DNA from: Reclinomonas americana ATCC 50394
Taxonomy: Eukaryota
Assembly (NCBI GenBank): GCA_048213135.1
Contig: PS015241.1
Location: 66,505-101,599 of the forward strand
Direction: 5' to 3'
DNA length: 35,095 nucleotides
This document shows positions 9,587 to 21,500 of this stretch, one piece after another. The notes under the pieces were generated by a model. It saw nothing but the letters and a program-made list of their open reading frames with translations. It made no database searches and had not been told where the DNA came from. Position numbers and translations under genes: made by a program. Numbering within the stretch: the first letter of the stretch is position 1; every line of letters begins with the position of its first letter.

Positions 9587-12500
9587 ATGTTTGCTCGTTG
9601 GCGAGCGCTGCTCGTCGCATGTCTCTTGCTCTCTGTGGTGGTCAGTGGAGACGCACTGTCGCTGGAGGAGACGCCACTGCGGATCTTTGTGAATGCAGGC
9701 GTGCGGAGTGTGAGAGTCGGGGAGTTGGTGGTGGTGGATGTGACGCGGCATGAGACGCTGGGTGGTGCTGGTAAGTGGGAAGAGGGAGGAAGAAGGGAGA
9801 AGGGAGGAGAGGGGGAAGGGAGGAGAGGGGGAAGAGAGAAGAGAGAGAAAGATAGAAGAGAGAGTGTGTGTGGTTGTGTGCGTGAGAGAGAGAGAGAGTG
9901 TGTGTGTGTGTGTATTGTGTGTGAGAGAGAGAGAGGCAGAGAGGGAAAGTGAGGGTGCCCTTGAGAGTGTGGAAGATGCAGACAGAGAGGGAAGTTGATT
10001 GCGACAGAGAGAGAGAGAGAGTGCATGTGTGTATGTCTGTGTGACAATGATTGAGAAGGAGAGTGTGAGGGTTGATAGCTTCTCATACTTTGTCTCCTTC
10101 TCCTCTTCTATTCCTTCTTCTCTGTCTTGTCCTTCTTTTTCACCTTCTCTGTTGCCTTCTGTTCCTCGTCTTCTTGTACTTCTTTCTTGTTATTGCCTTG
10201 TACTTCTTGTTCTTCTTCTCCTCTTCTCTCTTCCTCTTCTTGTACTTCTTTCTTGTTGTTGTCTTGTTCTTCTTCTTCTCATGCTTCGTCTCCTTCTCCT
10301 CTTCCTTCTTCTCTGTCTTGTCCTTCTTATTCGCCATCTCTGTCGCCTTCTGTTCCTCTTCTTCTTGTACTTCTTCTTTCTTGTTGTTGTCTTGTTCTTC
10401 TTGATCTTCTTCTCCTCTTCTCTCTTCCTCTTCTTGTACTTCTTTCTTGTTGTTGCCTTGTTCTTCTTGTCCTTCTCCTTGTCTTCTTCTGATACTTTGT
10501 CTCCTTCTCTTCTATTCCTTCTTCTCTGTCTTGTCCTTCTTCTTCGCCATCTGTCATTTTCCGCTTCTTGTTCTTCTTCTCTCTTGTTTGCCTCTTCTTC
10601 TTTCTTGTTGTTGTCTTGTTCTTGTTCTCCTTCTCCTTGTTCCCCCCTCTTCTTGTAATTAATTCTTCATTCTTTGTTGTCTTGTTCTTCTTGATCTTTT
10701 TCTCCTCCTTCTTCTTCCTCTTCTTGTTCTTCTTTCTTATTGTTGTCATGCTCTTCTTCTCATTCTTCTCCTTGTCATCTTCCTTCTTCTTCCTCTTCTT
10801 GCATTTTCCTCTCGCCATCGCAGGCATGGTTTTATCCTCTTGCTCCTTCTCCTCCTCCTCTTCATGTTCTTCTCAGTCTTCTTTTCCTTTCTTCTTCTTT
10901 TTCTTGTCCCTTTTTCTCTCTTTCTTTCTTTGCCTGCTCCTCCTCCTCTCTTATTTATTTTCATCTTTTCTATTCTTCTTCCTGTCGTCTTCCCACCGTC
11001 TTCTTCTTCTCATGGTGCTTTTCCTCTTCTTTGTCATGTTCTTTCCTTCTTCTTCTTCTTTCCTTTCCTCTCTGACACTCTTTCTCAGCCTTTTTCTTCT
11101 TCCCCTTCACCATCGTCGTCTTCCTCCCTTCCCCCTCCTCCTCCTCCTCGTCCCCTCCTCCTCCTCTTCTCTTCCCTTCTCCCTTCCCCTGTCTCACCAC
11201 CACTCACAGTCGCCGCCTCCACCTCACAATCATACCAACGTCCACTCCCCATCGACGTCGCCCACGCCGCGCTCCTGGTCAGTCTCTCTCCCTGTCCCTA
11301 CCACCCCTCCATAATCTCGCTCTCTCACTCACGACGTGCAGCGCGAGTACACCTCGCTCATCGGGTGCGGCTTCATGCTGTCGAAAGAGGAGGGACGCGA
11401 CGACGTGTCGCAGTTCGACGCGCCACGCTCATGTATGCCTCAGTTCGCCGGCTGGTCCATGAACTGGGGATCGGGGCCGTCGACGGTGACACTGGGCACT
11501 GCGCGGTCACTGCTAAGCGCAGGTGCTCTCTCATTTTTCTCTCCTCTCGAGATGCGTGACGACTGACTTGCGATGGTAGTGCGGCGATACGTGGAGGCGG
11601 AAGGACTGGATGCGCAGGCGATCGCGCCACTCATGCAAATGGGATGGAATGCGATTGTGCAGGTGTGTGAGAGAGATGGGAATACTTGTCCATGTACGCA
11701 GCTTCCTTACTGTGCATTTGGTGTGCAGGACGACCCCGGTGTGCTGGCCCTGCGCACCACGTACTGCTCGCTGGCGGTGGAGATTGCCGGAGTTGCGATT
11801 TCTTTCACAAGATTTTGAGAGATCTGCTCGTCAGCTCACACTGACCGTGCAGCGCCCACGGCAATGGTGGATCCCGGCACCGCCGCCAGCACCAGCAACC
11901 GCTCGTGTGCCAGACGCGTCCGTCTCGCCTCCTTCGTTTCTCGCCGAATGGCGCTACGGGAGGGAGCTCATTGTGTCGTCCATTGCGAGTGCGCGATCGT
12001 GGGAACCAGCGTATGCCGTGTGTCTGGCAATGTACGGAGAGGATGCAACAAGTCAACAAGGTGTGCCGGAAGTGGTCAGACGCACACACAGCCAGCCAGC
12101 TCCTCACTCTCTCCCTCCCTCCCTCCCCGTAGATTCCACCGTCGACTGCTCGCCCCTGGGACCTGAATTCTCCCGCCGCAGTGCCGACATGCTGCCGCCG
12201 CCGCTGCCGTCGGATGCGCGCGAGGAGGACCGCACCGCCGAGATGCCGTGGTTCCCCACCGAGTTTTGCGTCGACACGGAGCGCACGCTGTGGCAGCAGC
12301 TGACCTCACCCGTGTCGCTGGTGGAGACGACGGCGGCAATCGGCAATCCGCGCGCCGCTGAACCACACCACTTGCTCCCGGCGAGCTTGCAGACGCGTGA
12401 GTTTGGCGACTCACTTCAGCGATTTGTGCGCCACCTCGCCTCGCACCCGTTCGAGATCACGCTGCAAGCGGGTGGCGATCGATTCATTGTGTTTACCGTG

Positions 12501-14531
12501 GTGGCACTCGACGATTCCACGGAGAACGGTCGTCGGCGTGTCGCCATGCTCGACAATTGGTTGTATCACTTTTGGAAGTTCCACGGGGAGCACGTGCTGC
12601 CGTTGGTTTTGTGCGCGGATGAGCGGACGGTGGAGGTGGTGAGGGGGTTGGTGGGGCCGGGGAGGGAGGCGGTGACGTACATGGATGACATCAGATGGTG
12701 AGTGGGAAAGGCCCAAGGGAGAAGGGGGAGGGAAGGGAAAGGGAGAAATGGAGATGAGAGAAAATAGGAGATTCACAGAAAGGATCCAGCAGGGAAGCGG
12801 TGTGCTTGTGGGGGAAGTGAGAAGCAAATAGGAGAAGAAGAGAGGGGCCGAATCATGGAAAGCGGTGAGCTTGCCTCTGGTTGAATGCAATTTTGATTAG
12901 AGAACAGGAAGACGGGGAGAAGAGAAGAGAGAGTGTTTCTGGGAAGACAAGAGATAAGAATATGGTGCTCTCTTGTGTTCTCAAATCGCTTGCTTGTTTT
13001 TGAGGAGGAGAGTTACAAAAGAGTCAGAAGGGCAACTGTGAGTGGAGGACTGCCATGACAAGAGAGTTAGCACAATGTAAGGAGGAGAGGCGAGAGCCTG
13101 GGGTGCGGAGACCCTCGAGTGCGACGGCAGCTTGTGAGGAAGAGGAGTGCGAAGTGTTCTAGTCGGATAATGGAGTATCTTCACCATGGTGCAGCAGCCA
13201 ATGATTGAGGCCATGGTGTTCGTTGATAGCAGAGGAGAGAATGGAGCACAGAATGAGCATATTCTCCGCGGGGACGTGCAGTAGGACTGTGGGTTTGTGA
13301 GTGAGGAGCAATGAGTGAGGAGGTTCTTTGGGGTGACGATGGAGCGAGGGAGCTTAGAGTGCGGAGGTTCTCACGTGTGACGACCGAATGCGATCTCGTG
13401 ATGCTGCATTCAATGATGGATGATGTATTTGTAGAAAGCGATGGAGAGAGGTAGCACGCAGTGGTCATATTTTCAGTGTGACAGCACATGACCCACACAC
13501 ACTCTCCATTCGGTTGATTTGCTTCTCACTTCCCCACCCCCCTCTTCCCCTCTCCCTCTCTCCCCCTTCCCCCTTCCACCTCCCCCCCACAGGCACGACA
13601 ACAAACCAGCCTACTTGGAGTACCCGGCGCTCGTCAACTGGCGCTGGCTGTACGCCTACATGATGGTGCGAGGGGGCTACCGCCCCTTCTACGCCGACAC
13701 CGACGCCGTCTTTGTCAGCCACCTGGCACACCTGCAGCAAGTGCACGACTCGGACGACGCCACGGCCCCCGACGTGCTGGTGCAGCTGAACATGAATCAG
13801 CACTACAAGGACCCGTCGGCGGTGCTGGAGGTGTTGCCGGCGGAGCGCATGCGTGCACCGTGGTCGTACTACTTGGCGTACGAGGATGTGTGGGTGCGTG
13901 GAGGGAAGCGAGACGAACCCCCTTCTCTCTCACTATGGTCACCAATCTCCTCCCCTCACCCAGCACCCTCACGTGTGCGCCGAGCACCGTCGGTACGCGC
14001 ACGTGTGCGCCGGCTTTTGGAGTATTCGGCCGACGGTGTACTCGTTGCGCTTGCTGGCGCACCTGATCACGCTGGTGGATCGGCACTGGGAGGTGTACTG
14101 CGAGCAGCACTTGTTGGCGTTTTTGGTCGACTATCATGCGCGGCTCGGTCGTTTGCGGTTCGATTGGTTCGATGTGGCGCAGGTGAACAGTTTGGCGGGT
14201 TACAGGGCGCTGGCGGCGGTGGGGGCGTTGCAGCCGGGGAGGATTGCGGTGGTGAGTGGAGGGGAAGGGGGGTAGAAGGGGGGAAGGGAGGGGGAAGGGG
14301 GAATGGGGGATAGAGGGGGAAGAGGAGGAAGAAGAAGAGCGACGAGAACGAGGCATGCAGTGGTAGAGAAGGATGACAAAAAGTTAACAGTGCGAGCCTC
14401 TTGGCAGTCTTACGACTCACCGTTGTACTGCACAGGTGCACGTATTCGGCCTAGCCACAGTGGACCAACTGCAGCGTCGCGTGTTGTACATGCGCGACAC
14501 GAGTTTGTGGGTTGCGGGCACAGTGGAATAG
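9587..14531 (+). CDS. Nucleotide-diphospho-sugar transferase (GT77 / Nucleotid_trans-like) with signal peptide, about 678 aa, 10 exons
   Basis: Exons 9587-9770, 11210-11277, 11342-11522, 11580-11662, 11729-11791, 11853-12060, 12133-12697, 13593-13893, 13964-14251, 14436-14531 splice in frame. Signal MFARWRALLVACLLLSVVVSG. Motifs AMLDNWLYHF, LVLCADE, GGYRPFYADTDAVF (DxD), CAGFWSIRPT, EQHLL and C-terminal VVHVF...YMRDTSLW. The exon 5 donor is uncertain. Confidence 0.8.
10080..11200. repeat. CTT/CT-rich low-complexity tract, 3' arm of GT77 intron 1
   Basis: Recurrent tcttcttgtacttctttcttgttgttgtcttgttcttc units; source of many spurious ORFs. Confidence 0.9.
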
Positions 14532-14784
14532 TAATTAATGGCGAATTATTGAGAGGAAGGAGTCGACGAATGAGAGGGGTTCATGAGACGCTGGGCTCTC
14601 GTGCCTTTCAGGCGCAGTGAGTGAGCGATTGCTGCTCAGTCATCCGGGAGATTTGGGCGCTGCGGGAGTGAGAAGTGACACGCTAAGCGCTGGTGTGAGA
14701 AGCGCAGCATCGAGGCAATCTGTCAGACCAGGAGTGAGAGGTTGTCGCACCGGCTAGTGTGATCAGCAGTGTCCTTCTATTCTT

Positions 14785-14959
14785 CCGATTGCTGCCTCGA
14801 CTTGCACGGCACTGCAGCTGAGGAATGAGAGGCCTTGTTGAATACCACTGCTCCTCTGCGCTCTCCGGGGCCGTCGCACTTGTGAAGATAATAGTGCCGT
14901 ACTCCATTCTCCCGATTGCTGCCACGACCTGCGCAGCACTGCAGCTGAGGAGTGAGAGG
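14785..14959. repeat. Imperfect 48-bp direct repeat, 127 bp apart
   Basis: ccgattgctgcctcgacttgcacggcactgcagctgaggaatgagagg (14785) and ccgattgctgccacgacctgcgcagcactgcagctgaggagtgagagg (14912). Confidence 0.8.
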
Positions 14960-15117
14960 TACCTAACTGCACACATGTCCTCGTCCCTGTAAACCACTGC
15001 AAACTCGTCGTATACCTCCTCTTTGGCACAGTACCAGCACGAAACCGTACATCACTGACAACAAGGAGGACGAGAGAGGGGATTGAGATTCATTTCGCAC
15101 ACACATACATGCACGCT

Positions 15118-15857
15118 TCAGAGGAGGCCAGTGATCACACCGACTCCATCCCACGCAGCAGCACCCCACTGGTGGTGATCCAGCTGCGCACGACAAGCTC
15201 AAGTAAGACAGTGAAGAGAGACACACACCAGAGAGAGCAACATACGAACCGCGCCGGCCACTGTATGATCAATGCAAAAGCACAACAGAGAGAGCGTGTG
15301 AGGTGCAGATGAGAAGAAGGGTGAGACAGAGTGAGTGAGAGTAACTCTTGGCGCCAGACACGACAGAGCCGAGGCCGGGAACAAAGGAGCCAGCGACCGC
15401 CAAGCCCTACATGACAAAGAGAGAGAGAGTGAGAGAGTGAGTGAGTGAGTGAGAAAGTGAGTGAGTGAGTGAGTGAGTGAGTAAGTGAGTGAGTGAGTGA
15501 GTGAGTGAGTGAGTGAGTGAGTGAGTGAGTGAGTGGGGAGGAGGGAGGGAGGGAGGGAGTGAGTGAGTGATTGTGTGTATGTGTGTGAAGGATGAGTGAG
15601 ATGCGAGATTTAGACGAGAAGCATCATGACAAGAGAGCGTGCGTGAGTGAGTACGTGAGTGAGTGTGTGAGTGAGTGAGTGCGTGTGAGTGAGTGAGTGA
15701 TGAAAGAGCGAGTGAGAGAGAGAGTGAGAGTAAGTGAAGAGCAGAGTGTGATACAATGTATGAGTGCTTTGATCACCGTCTCCTCTGCTGCGCCCTTATA
15801 ATCGCCCTTTGCGATCTCATCGGCAATGTTGACACTCGAGTAGACCAAATCCGCCAT
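15118..15857 (-). CDS. 72-aa Gly/Ala-rich hydrophobic microprotein, paralog B (4 exons, including an 11-nt microexon)
   Basis: Exons 15857-15777, 15406-15346, 15260-15250, 15183-15118 (all GT-AG) give MADLVYSSVNIADEIAKGDYKGAAEETGLAVAGSFVPGLGSVVSGAKMAGALDHHQWGAAAWDGVGVITGLL*, which aligns without gaps to paralog A. Confidence 0.85.
15420..15735. repeat. (GAGT)n microsatellite in intron 1 of paralog B
   Basis: Directly visible. Confidence 0.95.
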
Positions 15858-15981
15858 TCTCTCTCACTAACTTGATGCAAAGAAAACAAAACACAAAACA
15901 CAAAATGGAACACAAAAAAGAGAGATTCATTGATTGCCTCACTCTTCGTCGTTGTCATGTTGCTCACTCTGTTTTGTTTTT

Positions 15982-16178
15982 TCAGAGGAGGCCAGTGACG
16001 ACACCCACGCCGTCCCATGCCGCGCCACCCCAGTTGCCCTGAGCGAGCTGTGCATGAGAGAGTGAGTGTGAGAGTGCGCGCAATTTCACGCGTGTCTTGA
16101 CGCAACAGCGCCGCCCATGTTGTAGGCCGAGACCACCGAGCCGAGGCCGGGGACGAGAGCGCCAGCAACGCCCATTGC
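15982..16178 (-). CDS. 72-aa microprotein paralog A, exons 2-3
   Basis: Exons 16178-16107 and 16047-15982 (59-nt GT-AG intron) give AMGVAGALVPGLGSVVSAYNMGGA|LAQGNWGGAAWDGVGVVTGLL*. Confidence 0.85.
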
Positions 16179-17311
16179 CTGTGTGCGCGTGACAAAGAGA
16201 GAGTGAGTGCGTGTGTTTTGTCTGTTTTTTTTCGATTTTTTCTANNNNNNNNNNNNNNNNNNNNNNNNNNNNNNNNNNNNNNNNNNNNNNNNNNNNNNNN
16301 NNNNNNNNNNNNNNNNNNNNNNNNNNNNNNNNNNNNNNNNNNNNNNNNNNNNNNNNNNNNNNNNNNNNNNNNNNNNNNNNNNNNNNNNNNNNNNNNNNNN
16401 NNNNNNNNNNNNNNNNNNNNNNNNNNNNNNNNNNNNNNNNNNNNNNNNNNNNNNNNNNNNNNNNNNNNNNNNNNNNNNNNNNNNNNNNNNNNNNNNNNNN
16501 NNNNNNNNNNNNNNNNNNNNNNNNNNNNNNNNNNNNNNNNNNNNNNNNNNNNNNNNNNNNNNNNNNNNNNNNNNNNNNNNNNNNNNNNNNNNNNNNNNNN
16601 NNNNNNNNNNNNNNNNNNNNNNNNNNNNNNNNNNNNNNNNNNNNNNNNNNNNNNNNNNNNNNNNNNNNNNCGGTTGGCATGCCGAGTCGGCGCCGGCCGC
16701 GCGCTCGCGAGCTTTCTCGCAGATCCAGAATTCGAACAGACAACTGTGGCCTCATACCCGTACGTGCCTCAGGAGAGTCGAAGCAGTGGTGATACGGGTG
16801 GCTTGCTGTCGAGGCTGTGCAGCTGCATGGTGTTCGTTTGGTCGACGTCAGCTCCTTCGAATTCGAATTCTGGATCATCAGAAGGCCACTTGCATGTCAC
16901 CTGATATGGACTAGCCACTCAAGATGGTGATCATCATGCAGCTGTGTTGCTGTTTGGATTAGTAAAGTTGTTGTTGTTGTTATCTATCAGCACAACGCTG
17001 TCGTCACCACACACCCCGACTGCATAGCCGGTTGGTCATTGTCGGCAAGGGATTTGTAGGCGTTTGTCGCATTAATATTATTGGAATGTGGTGAATGAAG
17101 TGTTTTGACGTCAATCGTTCTCTCTGCTTTCTCTCCTTCCCGCGCTTACCCATGACGTCGATCACCACGGTACCCGGTACTATGCTGCAGATCTTGAATA
17201 CAGAACTCGCCTGTATATTGTTATGTAACGCCAAATAGTAGCGCGCAATCTACAGTTCTCGCACACGAATTTTTTCGCATCACACACGGACTCACACCAC
17301 GCAAACACACA

Positions 17312-17392
17312 ATGGCAGAGGCAATCTACGACGGAATCAACGTGGCCAGCGACTTGTCGAGCGGCAACTACTCTGGCGCCGCTGAGGACGCC
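17312..17392 (+). CDS. 72-aa microprotein paralog A, exon 1 (on an apparently inverted contig)
   Basis: MAEAIYDGINVASDLSSGNYSGAAEDA followed by GTTGCG; same 27-codon length and intron position as exon 1 of paralog B. Confidence 0.8.
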
Positions 17393-18424
17393 GTTGCGTG
17401 CANNNNNNNNNNNNNNNNNNNNNNNNNNNNNNNNNNNNNNNNNNNNNNNNNNNNNNNNNNNNNNNNNNNNNNNNNNNNNNNNNNNNNNNNNNNNNNNNNN
17501 NNNNNNNNNNNNNNNNNNNNNNNNNNNNNNNNNNNNNNNNNNNNNNNNNNNNNNNNNNNNNNNNNNNNNNNNNNNNNNNNNNNNNNNNNNNNNNNNNNNN
17601 NNNNNNNNNNNNNNNNNNNNNNNNNNNNNNNNNNNNNNNNNNNNNNNNNNNNNNNNNNNNNNNNNNNNNNNNNNNNNNNNNNNNNNNNNNNNNNNNNNNN
17701 NNNNNNNNNNNNNNNNNNNNNNNNNNNNNNNNNNNNNNNNNNNNNNNNNNNNNNNNNNNNNNNNNNNNNNNNNNNNNNNNNNNNNNNNNNNNNNNNNNNN
17801 NNNNNNNNNNNNNNNNNNNNNNNNNNNNNNNNNNNNNNNNNNNNNNNNNNNNNNNNNNNNNNNNNNNNNNNNNNNNNNNNNNNNNNNNNNNNNNNNNNNN
17901 NNNNNNNNNNNNNNNNNNNNNNNNNNNNNNNNNNNNNNNNNNNNNNNNNNNNNNNNNNNNNNNNNNNNNNNNNNNNNNNNNNNNNNNNNNNNNNNNNNNN
18001 NNNNNNNNNNNNNNNNNNNNNNNNNNNNNNNNNNNNNNNNNNNNNNNNNNNNNNNNNNNNNNNNNNNNNNNNNNNNNNNNNNNNNNNNNNNNNNNNNNNN
18101 NNNNNNNNNNNNNNNNNNNNNNNNNNNNNNNNNNNNNNNNNNNNNNNNNNNNNNNNNNNNNNNNNNNNNNNNNNNNNNNNNNNNNNNNNNNNNNNNNNNN
18201 NNNNNNNNNNNNNNNNNNNCGACCTCAAAGACGCCAAACCCTTTCCCCGTCATGACACACTTCATGATGAAGTTGAGAGAGGGAAAGCGGGCCCAACCGC
18301 GACAAATGCAAAATTACCCTTTTTTGATGACGAACGCCTTTGTCCGTCCCGACTCTCCCGCGCGCGCTATCTCTTCTCCTCATCATCACAGCAGCGGAGC
18401 ACACACACACAACACGCGCACATA

Positions 18425-18497
18425 ATGGGAAGCAACAGCTCACGTGTCTCTCCAGACCGTCGCAAATCCTCATGTTCCGTAAACAAACACTCTCTTT

Positions 18498-18540
<43 letters not shown>

Positions 18541-21500
18541 GAGAAGCACATTCACTCTCTCTCACTCATCACTCTCTCTCACTCACTCATTCACTCGCTC
18601 ACTCACTCACTCACTCTCACACACACACACTCTCTCACTCACTTACTCACTTACATTCTCACTCCCTCACTCACTCCCTCACTCACTCACTCACTCACTC
18701 ACTGACTCACTCACTGACTCACTTACTCACTCACTCTCACTCACTCACTCACACTCTCTCTCTCACTCACTTACACAGTCTCTCCCGCATTAACTCACAC
18801 ACTCACTCACCCACTCACTCACTCACTCACTCACCCTTTCCCTCCCTTCTCCCTCCTCCCCTCCTCACCCTCTCCTCCCTTCATCTCTCTCCCTTCTCCC
18901 AGTGTCCGTCACCTCCTCCTCCTCTCACGACGACAAGAGCCCTTCACCTCGCGCCCGCGTGCAAGTCGGCGCCCCTCGCTCCGTCTCCCACGCAGTCTCC
19001 GTCCACGTCAATCCCGTCGATGGCGGCTTTGCGTTGTGGTACGACCGGTCCAAGAACGAGTTTGTTGTTGCGTACCCTCGCTCTTCTCCTTCTTCTTGTT
19101 GGTCTTCAGCATCTGCTTCTCCTCCTTCTCCTCCTTCGTCATCGTCCGCTTGTTCTCAGTCTCGTTGTTTCCTTCTCCACCACATCTCTCTCCTTCTCTC
19201 TTCTCCTTCTTCTTGTTGGTCTTCATCATCTGCTTCTCCTCCTCCTCCTTCGTCATCGGCATCTTGTTCTCAGTCTTGTTGTTTCCTTCATCTCCCCCTC
19301 GTCATCCGTCTCCTCTCTCTCTCTCTCTCTCTCTCGGTTTTCTTGTTCTTGTTCTTCTTCTTCTTTTGTTCTTTTTTCTCGTGTGCTCTTCTCCTTGCAT
19401 TCCTCCTTCACTTCGTTATCCTTTCCCTCTCTTCTCTCTCCGCCTCTTCTCCTTCTGCTTCGTCATCGTAATCTTGTTCTTGGTCTTACTGTGTCCTTTT
19501 TCTCCCCCTCATCATCTGTCACCTCTCTCTCTCTCTCTCTCTGTTTTTCTTGTTCTTATTGTTGTTGTTGTTCTTCTTCTGTTATTCTTCTTTTCTCGTG
19601 TGCTCTTTCCTCGTTACCCTTTCCCACTCCTCTTCCTGTTGCTCTTGTTCTTCGTGTTCATCATTCTCCTCTCCTCCTCTTCCTCTTCGTCCTCCTGCTT
19701 CTCGATCCACGTCACTTGTTCTTGTTCGCTGCTTCTTATTCTCCTCATCCTCCTCCACCTTCTCATCCTCTTCCTCTACTTGTTCTTCTCCCCCCTTCCT
19801 CCCTTCTCCCTCTTCTCCCCCTTCATCCTTCCCCCTCCTCCCTTCTCCTCCCCTCTCACCCCTCTTTCAACAGGGACTGACGGAGACACTGGCCAACCTA
19901 TTGAAAACAAGTGGCCTGACGGCAGAGGAATGCGCACATGACCCGGAGGCGGTGATTGGCGCGCTGCGGTCGGTGGAGGAGGTGTCGCTGGAGAGCATTG
20001 TGTTGAGGAGAAGATCGGCGGCGGTCACCGCCGAGGCCACACTCGGTGAGTGAGTGGGGGGAAAGGGATTGGAAAGGGTGGGTAGAGAACGAGAGAGAAC
20101 ACTTGCGGCTCTTGTTGAGGAGACTGGCGTGCGACAAAGATGTGTATGTGGAGAAGAGAGCAGCGTTGGGACTCTCTCACTCACTTCTCCCTAATGCAGA
20201 GGAGATGGTCGAACCGGGTGATCCTTCGGTGTTGTTCGCCAGCCGCATCAAGATTGGCTCGGGGTACGTGCTCCTCTTCCTGATTGAGTCGCACTTGTGT
20301 GCGCCGACCTCATGCGTCTGCCACAGTGGTTACGCGACGGTGTATCGGGCAACACATGCGGAAACGGGAGAGAAGGTGGCCATCAAAGTCATGGATATTG
20401 CGCACATTCTGGGCGTGGTGGACATGGATCGGTCGACCAAGGTGGGGAGGAAGGAAGAGAAGAGAGAAGAGCATGCGATTCCTCGTTTCGCAAAGGGGGA
20501 ACGCAAGAGAGCAAAGAGAAGCAGCTTGCGCTCACTCTCCTGTCGTCTCCTACTTTCACCGATCACTTCTTACGTAGATCATTGCACCTACACACGGCAG
20601 CACAGCAACGGAAGGAGACACAGAGGGGGAAGACAAAGTTGTCTCTCTCCTTTCACCCGACCATTCTCTTACTTAGATCACTGCAAAGGGAAGACACGGA
20701 GATGAAAAGAAAGCAGTTTCCTCGCAGACACACTCACTATCCAGTTGTCTCCTCCTTTCACCGATCACTTCTTTCGTAGATCACTGCAAAGGAGGGAGAC
20801 ACAGAAGGGGAAGATAATCAGCTTCCACACACACGGTCACTCGCCATCTTCTCCTTTCGCTGACCATTTCTTACTCGGATCACTGGGCCTCCTCGTTGCA
20901 GCACAGCAACGAAAGGAGACACAGAGGGGGAAGACTAGCACACACACTCTCCTCCTTTCACCCGACCATTCTCTTACTTAGATCACTTGGCCTCCCCGTG
21001 CAAACGAAAGACATACAGCATCCATCCTTCCACAGATCCTCCTTCCTCTCGCGCCAACCTTTGCCTATACTCACCCCCCTCTGCAGCCCCTCCGCTCGAA
21101 TCGCGGTGCACACGAAAAACCAGAGGAGTTCCGGCAACGCCTAGAGTCCGAAATTGCCGTGCTGCGCGCCTGCCACCATGCCAACATTGTGTCGTTCCGA
21201 GGGGCGTACTTGCATGGCACTGATCTGTGGGTGAGTAGTGGAGGGGAAGGGGAAGGGGAAGGGGAAGGGTGCGGAGAGAGGGAAAAAGGTGAAGGGAAAA
21301 GAGAGGAACCATGAAATGTGACACTTTATGATCTGCAAGGGACGTGGAGAAGTGCAGGTTGTGAGTGGGGCAGAAGGAAGCTCGGAGTGGAAGGAGTGGG
21401 ATAGGCGACTGGCCATGAAGGCATGATGAGTGGCGTAGAGGTGATGTGGAAAGCGTGAAATATTGGAAGAGAGGAGTGGAAGAAGTGAGTGAGAGACCTG

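Noticed and set aside
9999-11314. Hydrophobic or Lys/Arg-rich ORFs resembling membrane proteins (also 18498-19941, 21743-22260, 30420-31757)
   Set aside because: Translations of intronic CT/GA low-complexity tracts.
14683-15029. Possible third microprotein copy or small minus-strand gene
   Set aside because: No similarity to the 72-aa paralogs and no consistent exon chain; only a short direct repeat is supported.
18220-18265. Minus-strand MKCVMTGKGFGVFE, loosely like the Rad9 N-terminus, possibly continuing into the flipped contig at 16671
   Set aside because: Only about 15 codons precede the gap, and the reconstructed continuation gave no recognisable protein.
16203-18523. Long ORFs spanning N runs (also 32168-33176)
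   Set aside because: Their length is an artefact of X codons.
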